A stretch of DNA of 64,000 nucleotides, from positions 24,607 to 88,606 of the forward strand of contig JAURZE010000028.1 in the NCBI GenBank assembly GCA_030653545.1, written 5' to 3'. The notes under the pieces were generated by a model. That model was given only the letters and a program-made list of their open reading frames with translations, made no database searches and was not told the origin of the DNA. Positions 1 through 9,089 of the stretch are shown here, in pieces (the stretch's first letter is position 1; each line of letters opens with the position of its first letter). The DNA is from Nitrospira sp. Its GTDB lineage: Bacteria; Nitrospirota; Nitrospiria; Nitrospirales; Nitrospiraceae. The translations under genes and the position numbers were made by a program.

Positions 1-1592
1 TCATCTCCCTGATGCCGGAGTCCATGCACATGGTCATGTGGGTGATGTCGGATCGCGCCCTTCCGCGGAGCTACCGGATGATGGAAGGCTTCGGCGTCCA
101 CACGTTCCGCCTGGTGAACGACAAGGGGCAGGCCCGCTTCGTCAAGTTCCACTGGAAGCCGCTGCTCGGCCTCCACTCGGTATTGTGGGATGAGGCGCAG
201 AAGATTTCCGGGAAAGACCCGGACTTTCACCGCCGCGACCTGTGGGAGGCGATCGACAGCGGCGCCTATCCCGAATGGGAGTTCGGGATACAAGTCGTCG
301 AAGAAAAAGACGAGCATGCTTTCGATTTCGATCTGCTGGACCCCACAAAACTCATTCCCGAAGAGCTGGTCCCCGTGCAACGCATCGGCAAAATGACCCT
401 CAACCGCAACCCGGACAACTTTTTCGCGGAAACCGAGCAGGTCGCATTTCACCCGGGCCATCTCGTATCGGGCATCGATTTCTCCAACGATCCTCTTCTG
501 CAAGGCCGCCTGTTTTCGTACACCGACACCCAGCTGATCCGGTTGGGCGGCCCCAACTCGCACGAGATCCCGATCAACCGCCCGATCGCGCCCCTGCACA
601 ACAATCAGCGCGACGGCCATATGCGCCAGACCATCAACGAGGGACGGACCAGTTACCAGCCGAATTCCCTCGGCGGAGGCTGCCCCATGCAAGCCAAAGC
701 CGGCCTCGGCGGGTTTGTCAGCTACGCGGAGAAAATGGATGGGGTAAAAGTGCGGCAGCGAAGCCGGAGCTTCTTCGATCACTTCAGCCAGGCAGCGCTC
801 TTCTGGCGCAGCCAGTCGGAACCGGAACAAAACCATATCGTGAACGCGTTCCGATTTGAGCTCGGCAAGCTGGAAGTGCCCGCCATTCGAGAACGCATGA
901 TCGGCATGCTCACCCGCGTAGATCAGTCTCTGGCCAAACGCGTCGCGCAAGGCCTGGGACTGACGGTCCCCGCGAAGCCTCCCGCCTTCTTGAACGAAAG
1001 CGTCCCGGCGGACGGAAATCCGGCGCAGTACCAGCCGAAACCCGCAGACAAAACAGCGGAACGCTCGCCCGCGTTGGCGATGGTCAACTCCCTGAAAGGC
1101 GGCATCGCGACGCGCACGGTCGCGATCCTCGCCGCCGACGGAGTCGATGACGCCGACCTCAACGGCATGAAGAAAGCGTTGCTCGATGCCGGAGCCCAAC
1201 CCAAGGTCGTGGCCCCACGCCTGGGCATGTTGACCAGCGCCAAGGGCGCGCAGGTTCACATCGATTTCAGTTTTCTGACATCCAGCTCTGTCCTCTTCGA
1301 TGCCGTCTATATCCCCGGTGGGAATAAGAGCGTCCAAGCGCTCCAACAGGAAGACGAGGCCGTCGCATTTGCGAAAGAAGCCTACAAACATTGCAAAACC
1401 ATCGGAGCCAGCGGATCCGGACAGGGGCTGTTGAGCGCTGCGGGCCTCGATGCTGAACCGGGCCGGCAGACCGAGGACAAGGGGCTTATCGTCGGCCGGG
1501 AAGGCGATATCCGCGGAACGGCATCCCAATTCATCGGCGCGATGGCCCGGCATCGCCATTGGGAGCGCGAGGCGGCGGCCCGCCCGACCTGA
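1..1592 (+). CDS. katE: Large-subunit (HPII-type) catalase, 5'-truncated by window edge
   Basis: ORF 12..1592 is open to the window start. The translation contains the catalase core C-terminal half (RLFSYTDTQLIRLGGPNSHEIPINRP). This is followed by the DJ-1/PfpI-like C-terminal domain typical of large-subunit catalases. Confidence 0.9.
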   Translation, partial: ISLMPESMHMVMWVMSDRALPRSYRMMEGFGVHTFRLVNDKGQARFVKFHWKPLLGLHSVLWDEAQKISGKDPDFHRRDLWEAIDSGAYPEWEFGIQVVEEKDEHAFDFDLLDPTKLIPEELVPVQRIGKMTLNRNPDNFFAETEQVAFHPGHLVSGIDFSNDPLLQGRLFSYTDTQLIRLGGPNSHEIPINRPIAPLHNNQRDGHMRQTINEGRTSYQPNSLGGGCPMQAKAGLGGFVSYAEKMDGVKVRQRSRSFFDHFSQAALFWRSQSEPEQNHIVNAFRFELGKLEVPAIRERMIGMLTRVDQSLAKRVAQGLGLTVPAKPPAFLNESVPADGNPAQYQPKPADKTAERSPALAMVNSLKGGIATRTVAILAADGVDDADLNGMKKALLDAGAQPKVVAPRLGMLTSAKGAQVHIDFSFLTSSSVLFDAVYIPGGNKSVQALQQEDEAVAFAKEAYKHCKTIGASGSGQGLLSAAGLDAEPGRQTEDKGLIVGREGDIRGTASQFIGAMARHRHWEREAAARPT

Positions 1593-1810
1593 ACCATTGC
1601 TGCGAACTTCTGCCCGCATCACGAGGCTGAGAAGAAGTAGCGAACGATGGTGTAAGTGGATGGATCAAAAACGGGAAGACCCGGCTCGATGTCCGGAACA
1701 GAGGGGGGTACAGCATGCCCTTAGCCTGAACCCTGACGAGGGTGACTGTCAGTGTGCGACAGCAAAACGTTCGTAGACCGGTTTTACCAACTTTAAGGAA
1801 GGAGAACACG

Positions 1811-2329
1811 ATGAAACCTATGCAGGTCTTTTCAGCAGCCGTATTAACAGCGGGGCTTATCTCTGTTTCAGACTATGCCGCCACCCCGGTTCATGCCGAT
1901 GGCGGTTCGACATCTGATTTACTGCTCGTTGCGGAGGGCGCCAGCGGGAGCGGTGGAAAAGGCAGCAGCGCAGGCAGTGGAATGGACACAGGACGACCCG
2001 GCTCGGGCAGCAGCGCAGGAAGCGGAATGGATACAGGACGCCCCGGCTCAGGCAAGCAGGGAACCATATCTCCAGGGACAGAAATGGGCAGTGGAAAGTC
2101 CGGTTCCGGAATGGGTGGGAATCGGAGCTTGCCAGGCGGAATGAGTAGCGGAGGGGCTGGTTCAGGAATGGACACCGGAGAAAGCGGGAGCAAGGGTTCG
2201 ATCGGCGGAAAGAGCAGATCGAGTTCCGGAGGGATTGGCTCACCCGGGCCTTCGAGCGGAAGCGGGTCATCCGGAATGGGTGGTAGCAGCACTGGTCCGA
2301 CCAGTGGGTCCGGAAGCGGAGGAAAGTAA
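1811..2329 (+). CDS. Secreted Gly/Ser-rich repeat protein (function unknown)
   Basis: ATG 1811 is preceded by AAGGAAGGAG. There is an N-terminal signal peptide (MKPMQVFSAAVLTAGLISVSDYAA). The mature part is low-complexity G/S with repeated SGMDTG units. Confidence 0.6.
   Translation: MKPMQVFSAAVLTAGLISVSDYAATPVHADGGSTSDLLLVAEGASGSGGKGSSAGSGMDTGRPGSGSSAGSGMDTGRPGSGKQGTISPGTEMGSGKSGSGMGGNRSLPGGMSSGGAGSGMDTGESGSKGSIGGKSRSSSGGIGSPGPSSGSGSSGMGGSSTGPTSGSGSGGK
1964..2053 (+). repeat. In-frame 45-bp tandem repeat x2 (SSAGSGMDTGRPGSG)
   Basis: Units 1964-2008 and 2009-2053 encode the same 15 aa and differ at a few synonymous positions. A third degenerate SGMDTG copy lies downstream. Confidence 0.85.
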
Positions 2330-2667
2330 CGAGAATCCCGAGGGCTTGGCTCAGTAATAGGCTGCGCTGAGCCCTCGCGCGGTTCGTCCGACTTCTCCAA
2401 GTATATGTGCGTAGGTTATGAACCTCTTTTCCGGATTTGCAAAAGAAGTCTTGCCTCACTTGCCATGTTCGATGCCCCTGTCTGCATTAGGGTTTACTGC
2501 TGAATAAACTAGGGGTGCGCCCAGTCCTTTTCTCCCCCGAGGCCAGCTATAACCCCACAATGGCAAGGGGAATGATCATCCGCGCGAGAAGACCAGACGG
2601 AGGCATCCGTCGCGCCGCACGCGGGTGCTCCAATTATTCAATACTTACTCATCGAAAAGGAGACACG

Positions 2668-2922
2668 ATGAACAGCGATCATTTCAAAGGAAAGTGGAGT
2701 CAATTCAAAGGCGAGCTCAAACAACAGTGGGGGGCATTCACCGACGACGACCTGATGACCATCGAAGGGGATTACGACAAGTTCAAAGGACTGATGCAGG
2801 AGAGGTATGCCGACCGAAAGGACGAGGTTACACGCTGGGTCGATGACTGGTACCGCGCCGAGCAATCCCCCGACTCGGCCTCGCGCGGGCCGAAGCCGGT
2901 CAGAGAGAAGAGGCGAATATAA
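2668..2922 (+). CDS. CsbD-family general stress protein
   Basis: ATG 2668 follows AAAAGGAG. The sequence KGKWSQFKGELKQQWGAFTDDDLMTIEGDYDKFKGLMQERY is the canonical CsbD repeat. Confidence 0.85.
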   Translation: MNSDHFKGKWSQFKGELKQQWGAFTDDDLMTIEGDYDKFKGLMQERYADRKDEVTRWVDDWYRAEQSPDSASRGPKPVREKRRI

Positions 2923-3036
2923 CCGGATGAACCGGAACCAGGGAAAGACCGTCAGTCGCTTCTCCCGCACGGTTTCTTCAGAACCAAACCGCCGAATCAG
3001 GCGCTTCATTATTGTAGGGAAGAATCGACGACGACC

Positions 3037-3072
3037 GGTGCGTTGGGCTTTATCGCCCAACGCACCGCTTTT
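3037..3072 (+). terminator. Intrinsic terminator-like hairpin
   Basis: Perfect 12-bp stem GGTGCGTTGGGC / GCCCAACGCACC with a 6-nt loop, followed by GCTTTT. Confidence 0.6.
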
Positions 3073-3175
3073 GACCGACCGTGCGCAAAACCAAGAAAAG
3101 GAAACACCTATGAAGCAGGCATACACAACTCCGGCGTTTATCGGACGCACATCACCATCGAAAAGAGGGGCAATA

Positions 3176-3763
3176 ATGCGTACTCTTTCCGCCGTCCCAC
3201 TCCTGGCTCTCATGCTGTCCGGATTGCCCGGACTCGCTCCTCAACCGGCCGCAGCCGCGGATAACGACCTGTTTCAGCAAATGGATATCGGCTTCTTCTC
3301 CCTAGGCGGCCGCGCGACCTATACCGACCCAAAAGAAGGGCAGTCCCGGTGGTTCGGCGGCGCGCAGGTCCGGATCAATCCGTTCAAATATTTGTCGTTC
3401 GAAGGATCCGCCGATTATCGCCGCCAGGATACGGCGGGCTCGCGTATCCATACCTACCCGGTGCAAGTCTCTGCACTCATCTACCCGCTAGGGCACACCC
3501 GCTTGGCTCCATTTCTGCTCGGCGGCGGCGGATGGTACTACACCACGGTGAAAGGACCGGGCAACTTCGACGATACGCAAAATCGATTCGGCCTCCACGC
3601 CGGCGGGGGGCTCCAATTCTTTTTCAATGACCACGTATCGATCGACAGCACGTACCGGTACTTATGGCTGGAAGATATTCAATCGAAAGACCAGAACATC
3701 AAAGATAAAAGCTTCAACGACAATGGCCACATGGTGACCGTCGGCCTCAACTTCCACTTCTAA
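3176..3763 (+). CDS. Outer-membrane beta-barrel protein (OmpW/OmpA-like barrel)
   Basis: Signal peptide MRTLSAVPLLALMLSGLPGLAPQPAAAA, alternating beta-strand pattern, and a C-terminal ...VTVGLNFHF ending in Phe. An alternative start lies at 3110. Confidence 0.7.
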   Translation: MRTLSAVPLLALMLSGLPGLAPQPAAAADNDLFQQMDIGFFSLGGRATYTDPKEGQSRWFGGAQVRINPFKYLSFEGSADYRRQDTAGSRIHTYPVQVSALIYPLGHTRLAPFLLGGGGWYYTTVKGPGNFDDTQNRFGLHAGGGLQFFFNDHVSIDSTYRYLWLEDIQSKDQNIKDKSFNDNGHMVTVGLNFHF

Positions 3764-3956
3764 GCGCCGAGGCGAAAGAGCGACGAGTGGACTCGTTCGT
3801 GAAGCGGCTTTCCCAAACAGGAAAGCACGATCGTCTGCAACGACAAGGATCACTTCACGAACGGCCACCTGTTCAAGATAGGCATGACGAGACGAGCTCC
3901 CAGTCTCTTCCAGGAGAGACATCTGCCTGCCGTCAGCTCACAGGAGGGTACCTTAC

Positions 3957-5711
3957 TTAGGTGGGCTTGGGGGAGGATGAACGGCCAGAGGCCTGACGAA
4001 TGGCGGCATAGAGGTCCGTGTTGATCGCTTCCTTCGGTAAGAAGGTGGTAGCCCCTGCCTCGAGCATGGCCTGCTCAATATGCGGATCGGCTTGAACAGA
4101 AAGGCCGATCACCGTGATCAATGGGTATTCTTTCAACATCCTTTTCGTAGTTTCCGCTCCATTCCAACCGGGCATTTGCATATCCATAATCACGATGTCC
4201 GGCATGAGCGTACCAGCCAATTGAAGCGCCTGACGGCCGGTAGATGCCTCCCCGACCACGCTCAGGTCGGCGTATTCTCTCAAAAGACAGTGCAGACCCT
4301 CTCTCACCAGTTGGTGATCGTCGACAATCAGTACCCGGACCGCGGTCGATAATTTTCCGTCGGAAAGATTATCGCCTGACGCGCTAGGCTGGCAGTGCCC
4401 CCCACGGATCGCGCCTTCTGAGGCAGCCGGCTGCTCCATGTCGGCCGTGGGGGCCTCGGTGCCCACGGCAACCGACGTACAGGACAGATGGAGCGACGCA
4501 ACCGTTCCCTTGCCCGGTTCCGATTGCAGGTCGAATCTTCCACCCAGGTCCATCATCCGCTCTCGAATACTCAACAGGCCGAACCGATCGGAATGATCGT
4601 TGTTCAATTTTTCGAGATCGAAGCCGCATCCGTGATCCAACACAGTGAGGATTAATTCACCCTTGGCATAGCTCATTGAAATGGCCGCCTGATCGGTCTG
4701 TCCATGCTTGATCACGTTGAACAATAATTCCCGAACCGAGTGGAAAAGCAACACCGCATCCGCCTCTGGAAGTATCAGGTCGGCTTCGCGAACAGACACC
4801 TCGACGTTCAGGAGCTTCTGTCGACGCATTTGATCGCCCAGCCACTGGAGAGCAGGGCCCAGACCGCGCTCGTACAAAGCCTGCGGGGTCAGTTCGGAGA
4901 CCAACGACCGGGTATAATCGAGAGCTTGATGGAGTAGCCCATCGGCATCCTGCAGTACCGTTCTCACGTCCGGCGCGGGCTCCTGTCGCAGCAGCTGTGC
5001 CACCTTCATCCGAGTCACGACCAGCAGCTGCGCCAGAAAGTCGTGCAACTCTATCGCCAGCTTCCGCCGCTCCGACTGTTCCGCGACTGTTAAGTCGGTA
5101 GCGAGAGCCCGGAGCCGGTCGTACGAGGCCGCAAGCTGTTGCGTTCGCTGACTGACCCGCTCCTCCAGTGTGTCGGCCAGCTGGCGAAGCCGCGCTTCGG
5201 CCTGTTGACGCTCGTGAAGTTCGTGAGCTTTCTCGCGATTGGCCGCCTCGAGTTCGGCCGTTCTCTCTACGACCCGCTTCTCCAATTCTCGATTCAACAG
5301 CCCCAATTGTTTCTGCGCTCCGGCGTATTGCGCGCGTAATCGCCGCTTCTCCAATGCTTGGCGTGCCGCCTCGCCCAAACGGCCCATCCGGTCCTTACGG
5401 AGATAATCATCCGCGCCGTTGCGCACCAACTGTACCGCTTCCTCTTCGCCGATCGCATGCGACACGACGATGAAGGGAATCTGCAGCCCCCTTTCCCGCA
5501 AACAATCCAAGGCCTCGCCCGAACTGAATTGCGGCATCGCATCGTCTGAAATAATCAGATCCGGCTGTTTATGGGACAGCTGATAGGTGAAGTCCGCCAG
5601 CGTATCGACGCGCTGCCATTGTATGGCGAAGCCGCTTTTCTGCAATTCCCGGAGGGCCAATTCGGCGTCGATCGGATTGTCTTCGACGAATAAGACGCGC
5701 AAAACACTCAT
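3957..5711 (-). CDS. Hybrid histidine kinase REC - coiled coil - HisKA_3 - HATPase_c - REC
   Basis: ATG 5711 overlaps the upstream RR stop (ATGA). It has an N-terminal receiver (VLFVEDNPID...), H-box LAIELHDFLAQ, ATPase G-boxes and a C-terminal receiver (VLIVDDHQLVREGL...IMDMQMP). Confidence 0.85.
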   Translation of the reverse strand: MSVLRVLFVEDNPIDAELALRELQKSGFAIQWQRVDTLADFTYQLSHKQPDLIISDDAMPQFSSGEALDCLRERGLQIPFIVVSHAIGEEEAVQLVRNGADDYLRKDRMGRLGEAARQALEKRRLRAQYAGAQKQLGLLNRELEKRVVERTAELEAANREKAHELHERQQAEARLRQLADTLEERVSQRTQQLAASYDRLRALATDLTVAEQSERRKLAIELHDFLAQLLVVTRMKVAQLLRQEPAPDVRTVLQDADGLLHQALDYTRSLVSELTPQALYERGLGPALQWLGDQMRRQKLLNVEVSVREADLILPEADAVLLFHSVRELLFNVIKHGQTDQAAISMSYAKGELILTVLDHGCGFDLEKLNNDHSDRFGLLSIRERMMDLGGRFDLQSEPGKGTVASLHLSCTSVAVGTEAPTADMEQPAASEGAIRGGHCQPSASGDNLSDGKLSTAVRVLIVDDHQLVREGLHCLLREYADLSVVGEASTGRQALQLAGTLMPDIVIMDMQMPGWNGAETTKRMLKEYPLITVIGLSVQADPHIEQAMLEAGATTFLPKEAINTDLYAAIRQASGRSSSPKPT

Positions 5712-6178
5712 GCTTTTACCTCTTTCTCCCCGAGGCAAAGCTCCAAGGGCACCTGATTCAGCATCATCCAATAGAGTCCCAATTGCCGGACCGCTTCGGT
5801 GAATTGAGTAAAGTCGACCGGCTTGACCACATAACTGCTCACCCCGAGCTTGTAACTCTCGACCAGATCGCGCTCTTCTTTGGAGGACGTGAGTATTACG
5901 ACAGGAATGTTCTTGGTACGCGGATCCGATTTGCACTGATGCAAGACTTCCATCCCGTCGACCTTGGGAAGTTTCAGGTCGAGCAGAATCAGCCGGGTGG
6001 TCGAGCTGAGGGGGTTCCCGGCGTATCGCCCGGTACTGAAGAGACATTCCAACGCCTCCTCGCCGTCCCGCACCACATGAATCCTGTTCGCCAAATGATA
6101 TTTCTCAAACGCCCGCAGGGTGATTTCCACATCCTCCGGACTATCTTCGATCAATAAAATCTCCGTCCCCTGCCTCAT
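5708..6178 (-). CDS. Single-domain CheY-like response regulator
   Basis: ILLIEDSPEDVE...ILLDLKLPKVDG...VVILTSS...VVKP receiver motifs with no output domain. ATGA overlaps at both ends (6175-6178 and 5708-5711). Confidence 0.9.
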   Translation of the reverse strand: MRQGTEILLIEDSPEDVEITLRAFEKYHLANRIHVVRDGEEALECLFSTGRYAGNPLSSTTRLILLDLKLPKVDGMEVLHQCKSDPRTKNIPVVILTSSKEERDLVESYKLGVSSYVVKPVDFTQFTEAVRQLGLYWMMLNQVPLELCLGEKEVKA

Positions 6179-8790
6179 GCGGTGGCCTTTCTCAAGGAAA
6201 AAAAGAAGGTGGCGCCACAGTCTATCTTGCCCTCTGCCCACACCCGCCCGCCATGGCGGTGGACGATGCGCTGGACGATCGCCAATCCTACGCCGGTGCC
6301 TTCGAAATCCTCTTTCCGATGCAACCGTTGAAATACCCCGAATAACTTGTGCGCATATTTCATATCAAACCCGACGCCATTATCCTTGATGTAGTACGTG
6401 ACCGCATCTGCGTTCATCTCGTCCGGCAGCCACCCGACTTCGATCCGAGCCTCATCCCGATACCGAGTATACTTGAACGCGTTCGTCACCAAATTGCTCC
6501 AGACGAGTTTCAAGAGGCGCCGGTCGCCGTGGCAGCAGGGCAAGTCCTGCAGGGTCAGTTCTATGGTGCGGTTTTCCTGCACGATCCTCAATTCGTCCGC
6601 CGCCTCCCGCGCTAGCTCTGTCATCGTGACTAAACGGATCTCCAGGCCCTGGCGGCCCAACCGGGACAACTCCAGCAGATCGTCGATCAGCTCGCCGGCC
6701 TGCGCGGAGGCCTTGCGGATAATGGTCAGGCAGCGACGGGCTTCGGCGTTCAAGAGAAGGCCGTGATCTTCCTCGACGATCCGGCTGAAGGCGTCGATGG
6801 TGCGCAGGGGGGCGCGCAAATCGTGAGACACCGAGTAGGAAAAGCTTTCCAGGTCCTTGTTCGATTCGGCCAGCGCCGCCGACTGTCTCTTCAAAGCGTC
6901 GTTGGCAGTCGTCAACGCCGCGTCGCGTTGCAGCAGCGACTCCTCCACACGTTTCTGATCCGTGATATCCCGCGCGATCTTCGAGGCGCCGATGATCTTT
7001 CCTTGGGAGTTGACTACCGGTGACACGGTCAGAGAAACAATTAATTCGGTCCCATCCTTGCGACGCCGAGCCGTTTCATAACGCTCGATCACCTCACCCC
7101 GCACTATCCGTTCGAGAATGTGAGACTCTTCGTCCTGCCGCTCCGGAGAAATGAGCCGAAGCACGGGGTGTCCGATCATTTCCTTTGCGGTATGCCCGAA
7201 CAAGCGTTCTGCTGCGTGATTCCAACTCGTCACGATGCCCCGCAGATCGATCCCGATGATCGAGTCGTCAGACGACGTCACGATGGAAGCTAAATTAGCG
7301 ACCGCCTGCTCTCCCTGCTTGCGGTCGGTAATGTCAATATTGACTCCGCGGACCCGCGTCGGAAAGCCGGAGGTCCCCTGGATCATCGTGTGCCAACGCC
7401 CCATCAGCCAATGCTCGCTCCCGTCCGGCCACAGCACGCGAAACTCCTCTCCATCCCGCTCGCCCGTCTCATTGGCTTCCCGGAACTGCTGGAACACTCT
7501 CGGCCGATCTTGGGGATGGACCAGGCTCTCCCACGCCGCCTGGGTGGTGGGGAATTCTCCCGGCGGCAGCCCATACAGCGCCTCCATTCCCTGACTCGAG
7601 ATGAAGCCCTCCGCCTGCAGATCGACCTCGAATGTGCCGACTCGACCGGCTTGTTGGGCAAAGCGGAGCCGCGCTTCGCTCTCGCGCAAGCCCTTCGCCT
7701 GCGCATCCCTGGTGCGGAGGGCCGCTTCATAAGTCCCCGCCAGCGCCCGCAGGTGGTGGATCATCAGCAGCGCGATTAACGTGCCGGCCCCCAGCAACAG
7801 CGACAGCGTAATGCCGTAGAAGAATTGCCCGCGCCCTTGCACCTGACGACTCCGTTCATCCCGCAATGTCCGCTCGGTGGCAAGAAAGGCGGCGATCTTA
7901 TTGCGGATGCCGTCTATGAGGTGCTTCCCCTGGTCCTGCAGCGCGAAATCAGCCTGACCTCTCCTCGAGACCGTCATCATCCTTTCGGCAAGGGCTTTCC
8001 ACTGGGCCGTCAGGTCTTGCAGCTCCTCCACCACCAAGACCTGGGGACGGTTATCGGACACCAGCACGTGTAGGCGAGCGACCGAGAGATCGATATTCTG
8101 TCTCGCCTGCTCATAGGGTTCCAAAAACCGGCGGTCTGCGGTCAACAGATATCCCCGCAACCCCGATTCCATCTCGACGAGCTGGAGAAGATGATTCTCT
8201 CCCGCCATAATCACTTCATCGGTCTGGGCCACCCGTCCGCTGGCGTCCAATAACTGCTTCATCTGCCATAACAAAAACCCGGCGATGAGGAGCAATCCGG
8301 CAACCGGCACCCCGACCGTCATGATGAGTCCGGTCCGGCTCGGCCCGGGGCCGCATACACCCCCTGCCTCCTCCCCCGCGTCGTTCACATTCGCGCGGAA
8401 GCCGGCCCCAGGCGCCGGCCGCATATTTTCAATGACCGCAATAATGACGGCGATGGTTGATAAATAGATCCCGAATCCCCACAATTCTTCGGGGCCGGCG
8501 CTGAATGCAAACCGTGGTTCGATAAACAGCCAGTTTGCGGCAAGGTAGCTGACGAGCGCAGCGAGGAGACCCGGCCCCCATCCCCCGTACCACGTTGCTA
8601 GAGCTACGAAACCGAACAGGGTAGTAACCGGGAGCTGAGGACCCATTACGGGATCGAACAAGGCCCGCAGGAGTATCGCGCCGGCCGCGCAGGCCACTCC
8701 GACACCGTATGCCCGAAGCGTGGAACGCGCCCGAGCCGGCTGCGGAGGATTTTCCGCGAGTATAGCGGAACCCGAGCTGTCACCCGTCAT
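6175..8790 (-). CDS. Membrane sensor histidine kinase (multi-TM N-terminus, CHASE3-like, PAS x2, HisKA, HATPase_c)
   Basis: Hydrophobic N-terminal segments, then a CHASE3-like stretch (ESGLRGYLLTADRRFLEPYEQA). PAS/PAC units follow, then H-box FSYSVSHDLRAPL and ATPase N/G boxes. Confidence 0.85.
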   Translation of the reverse strand: MTGDSSGSAILAENPPQPARARSTLRAYGVGVACAAGAILLRALFDPVMGPQLPVTTLFGFVALATWYGGWGPGLLAALVSYLAANWLFIEPRFAFSAGPEELWGFGIYLSTIAVIIAVIENMRPAPGAGFRANVNDAGEEAGGVCGPGPSRTGLIMTVGVPVAGLLLIAGFLLWQMKQLLDASGRVAQTDEVIMAGENHLLQLVEMESGLRGYLLTADRRFLEPYEQARQNIDLSVARLHVLVSDNRPQVLVVEELQDLTAQWKALAERMMTVSRRGQADFALQDQGKHLIDGIRNKIAAFLATERTLRDERSRQVQGRGQFFYGITLSLLLGAGTLIALLMIHHLRALAGTYEAALRTRDAQAKGLRESEARLRFAQQAGRVGTFEVDLQAEGFISSQGMEALYGLPPGEFPTTQAAWESLVHPQDRPRVFQQFREANETGERDGEEFRVLWPDGSEHWLMGRWHTMIQGTSGFPTRVRGVNIDITDRKQGEQAVANLASIVTSSDDSIIGIDLRGIVTSWNHAAERLFGHTAKEMIGHPVLRLISPERQDEESHILERIVRGEVIERYETARRRKDGTELIVSLTVSPVVNSQGKIIGASKIARDITDQKRVEESLLQRDAALTTANDALKRQSAALAESNKDLESFSYSVSHDLRAPLRTIDAFSRIVEEDHGLLLNAEARRCLTIIRKASAQAGELIDDLLELSRLGRQGLEIRLVTMTELAREAADELRIVQENRTIELTLQDLPCCHGDRRLLKLVWSNLVTNAFKYTRYRDEARIEVGWLPDEMNADAVTYYIKDNGVGFDMKYAHKLFGVFQRLHRKEDFEGTGVGLAIVQRIVHRHGGRVWAEGKIDCGATFFFSLRKATA

Positions 8791-8841
8791 CGATCGCTCA
8801 CGATTCAGCGAACTCCTACAGCTTTATTCCGACCGGGGCAT

Positions 8842-8888
8842 AGTATAAGGCAGGGCGCTTCTCCGAGTCCCCTAGGGGAATCCCTAGT
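8842..8888 (-). promoter_or_regulatory. Candidate operator box (palindrome CTAGGGGAATCCCTAG, 8872-8887) plus -10-like TATACT
   Basis: The 25-nt box 8864-8888 is 23/25 identical to 19602-19626. It lies about 80-95 nt upstream of ATG 8790. On the minus strand TATACT (8842-8847) follows the box after 16 nt. Confidence 0.4.
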
Positions 8889-9089
8889 CGGAGGATAAAC
8901 GGTGGGTTGTTCGACGAAGACTCGGCGCGGCCCCTTTCGCGTTTCTCGCCACCCGGGCCCTCGTTAGGCACAAGATTGATTGCGAGTGGAAACCCTGGAA
9001 CAACGAGTTGCCCTCATTGAACACCGTCTGGGCCTCACCGTGTGACCGGACACATCAGGTGTGAGCCTGCCGCTCCGCCCCCCGCCTCG

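Noticed and set aside
3662-3922. 86-aa minus-strand ORF, with a vague PIN-like ...VILVVADDRAF... stretch
   Set aside because: It overlaps the 3' end of the OM barrel gene. The similarity is a few residues only, and it has no RBS and no partner antitoxin.
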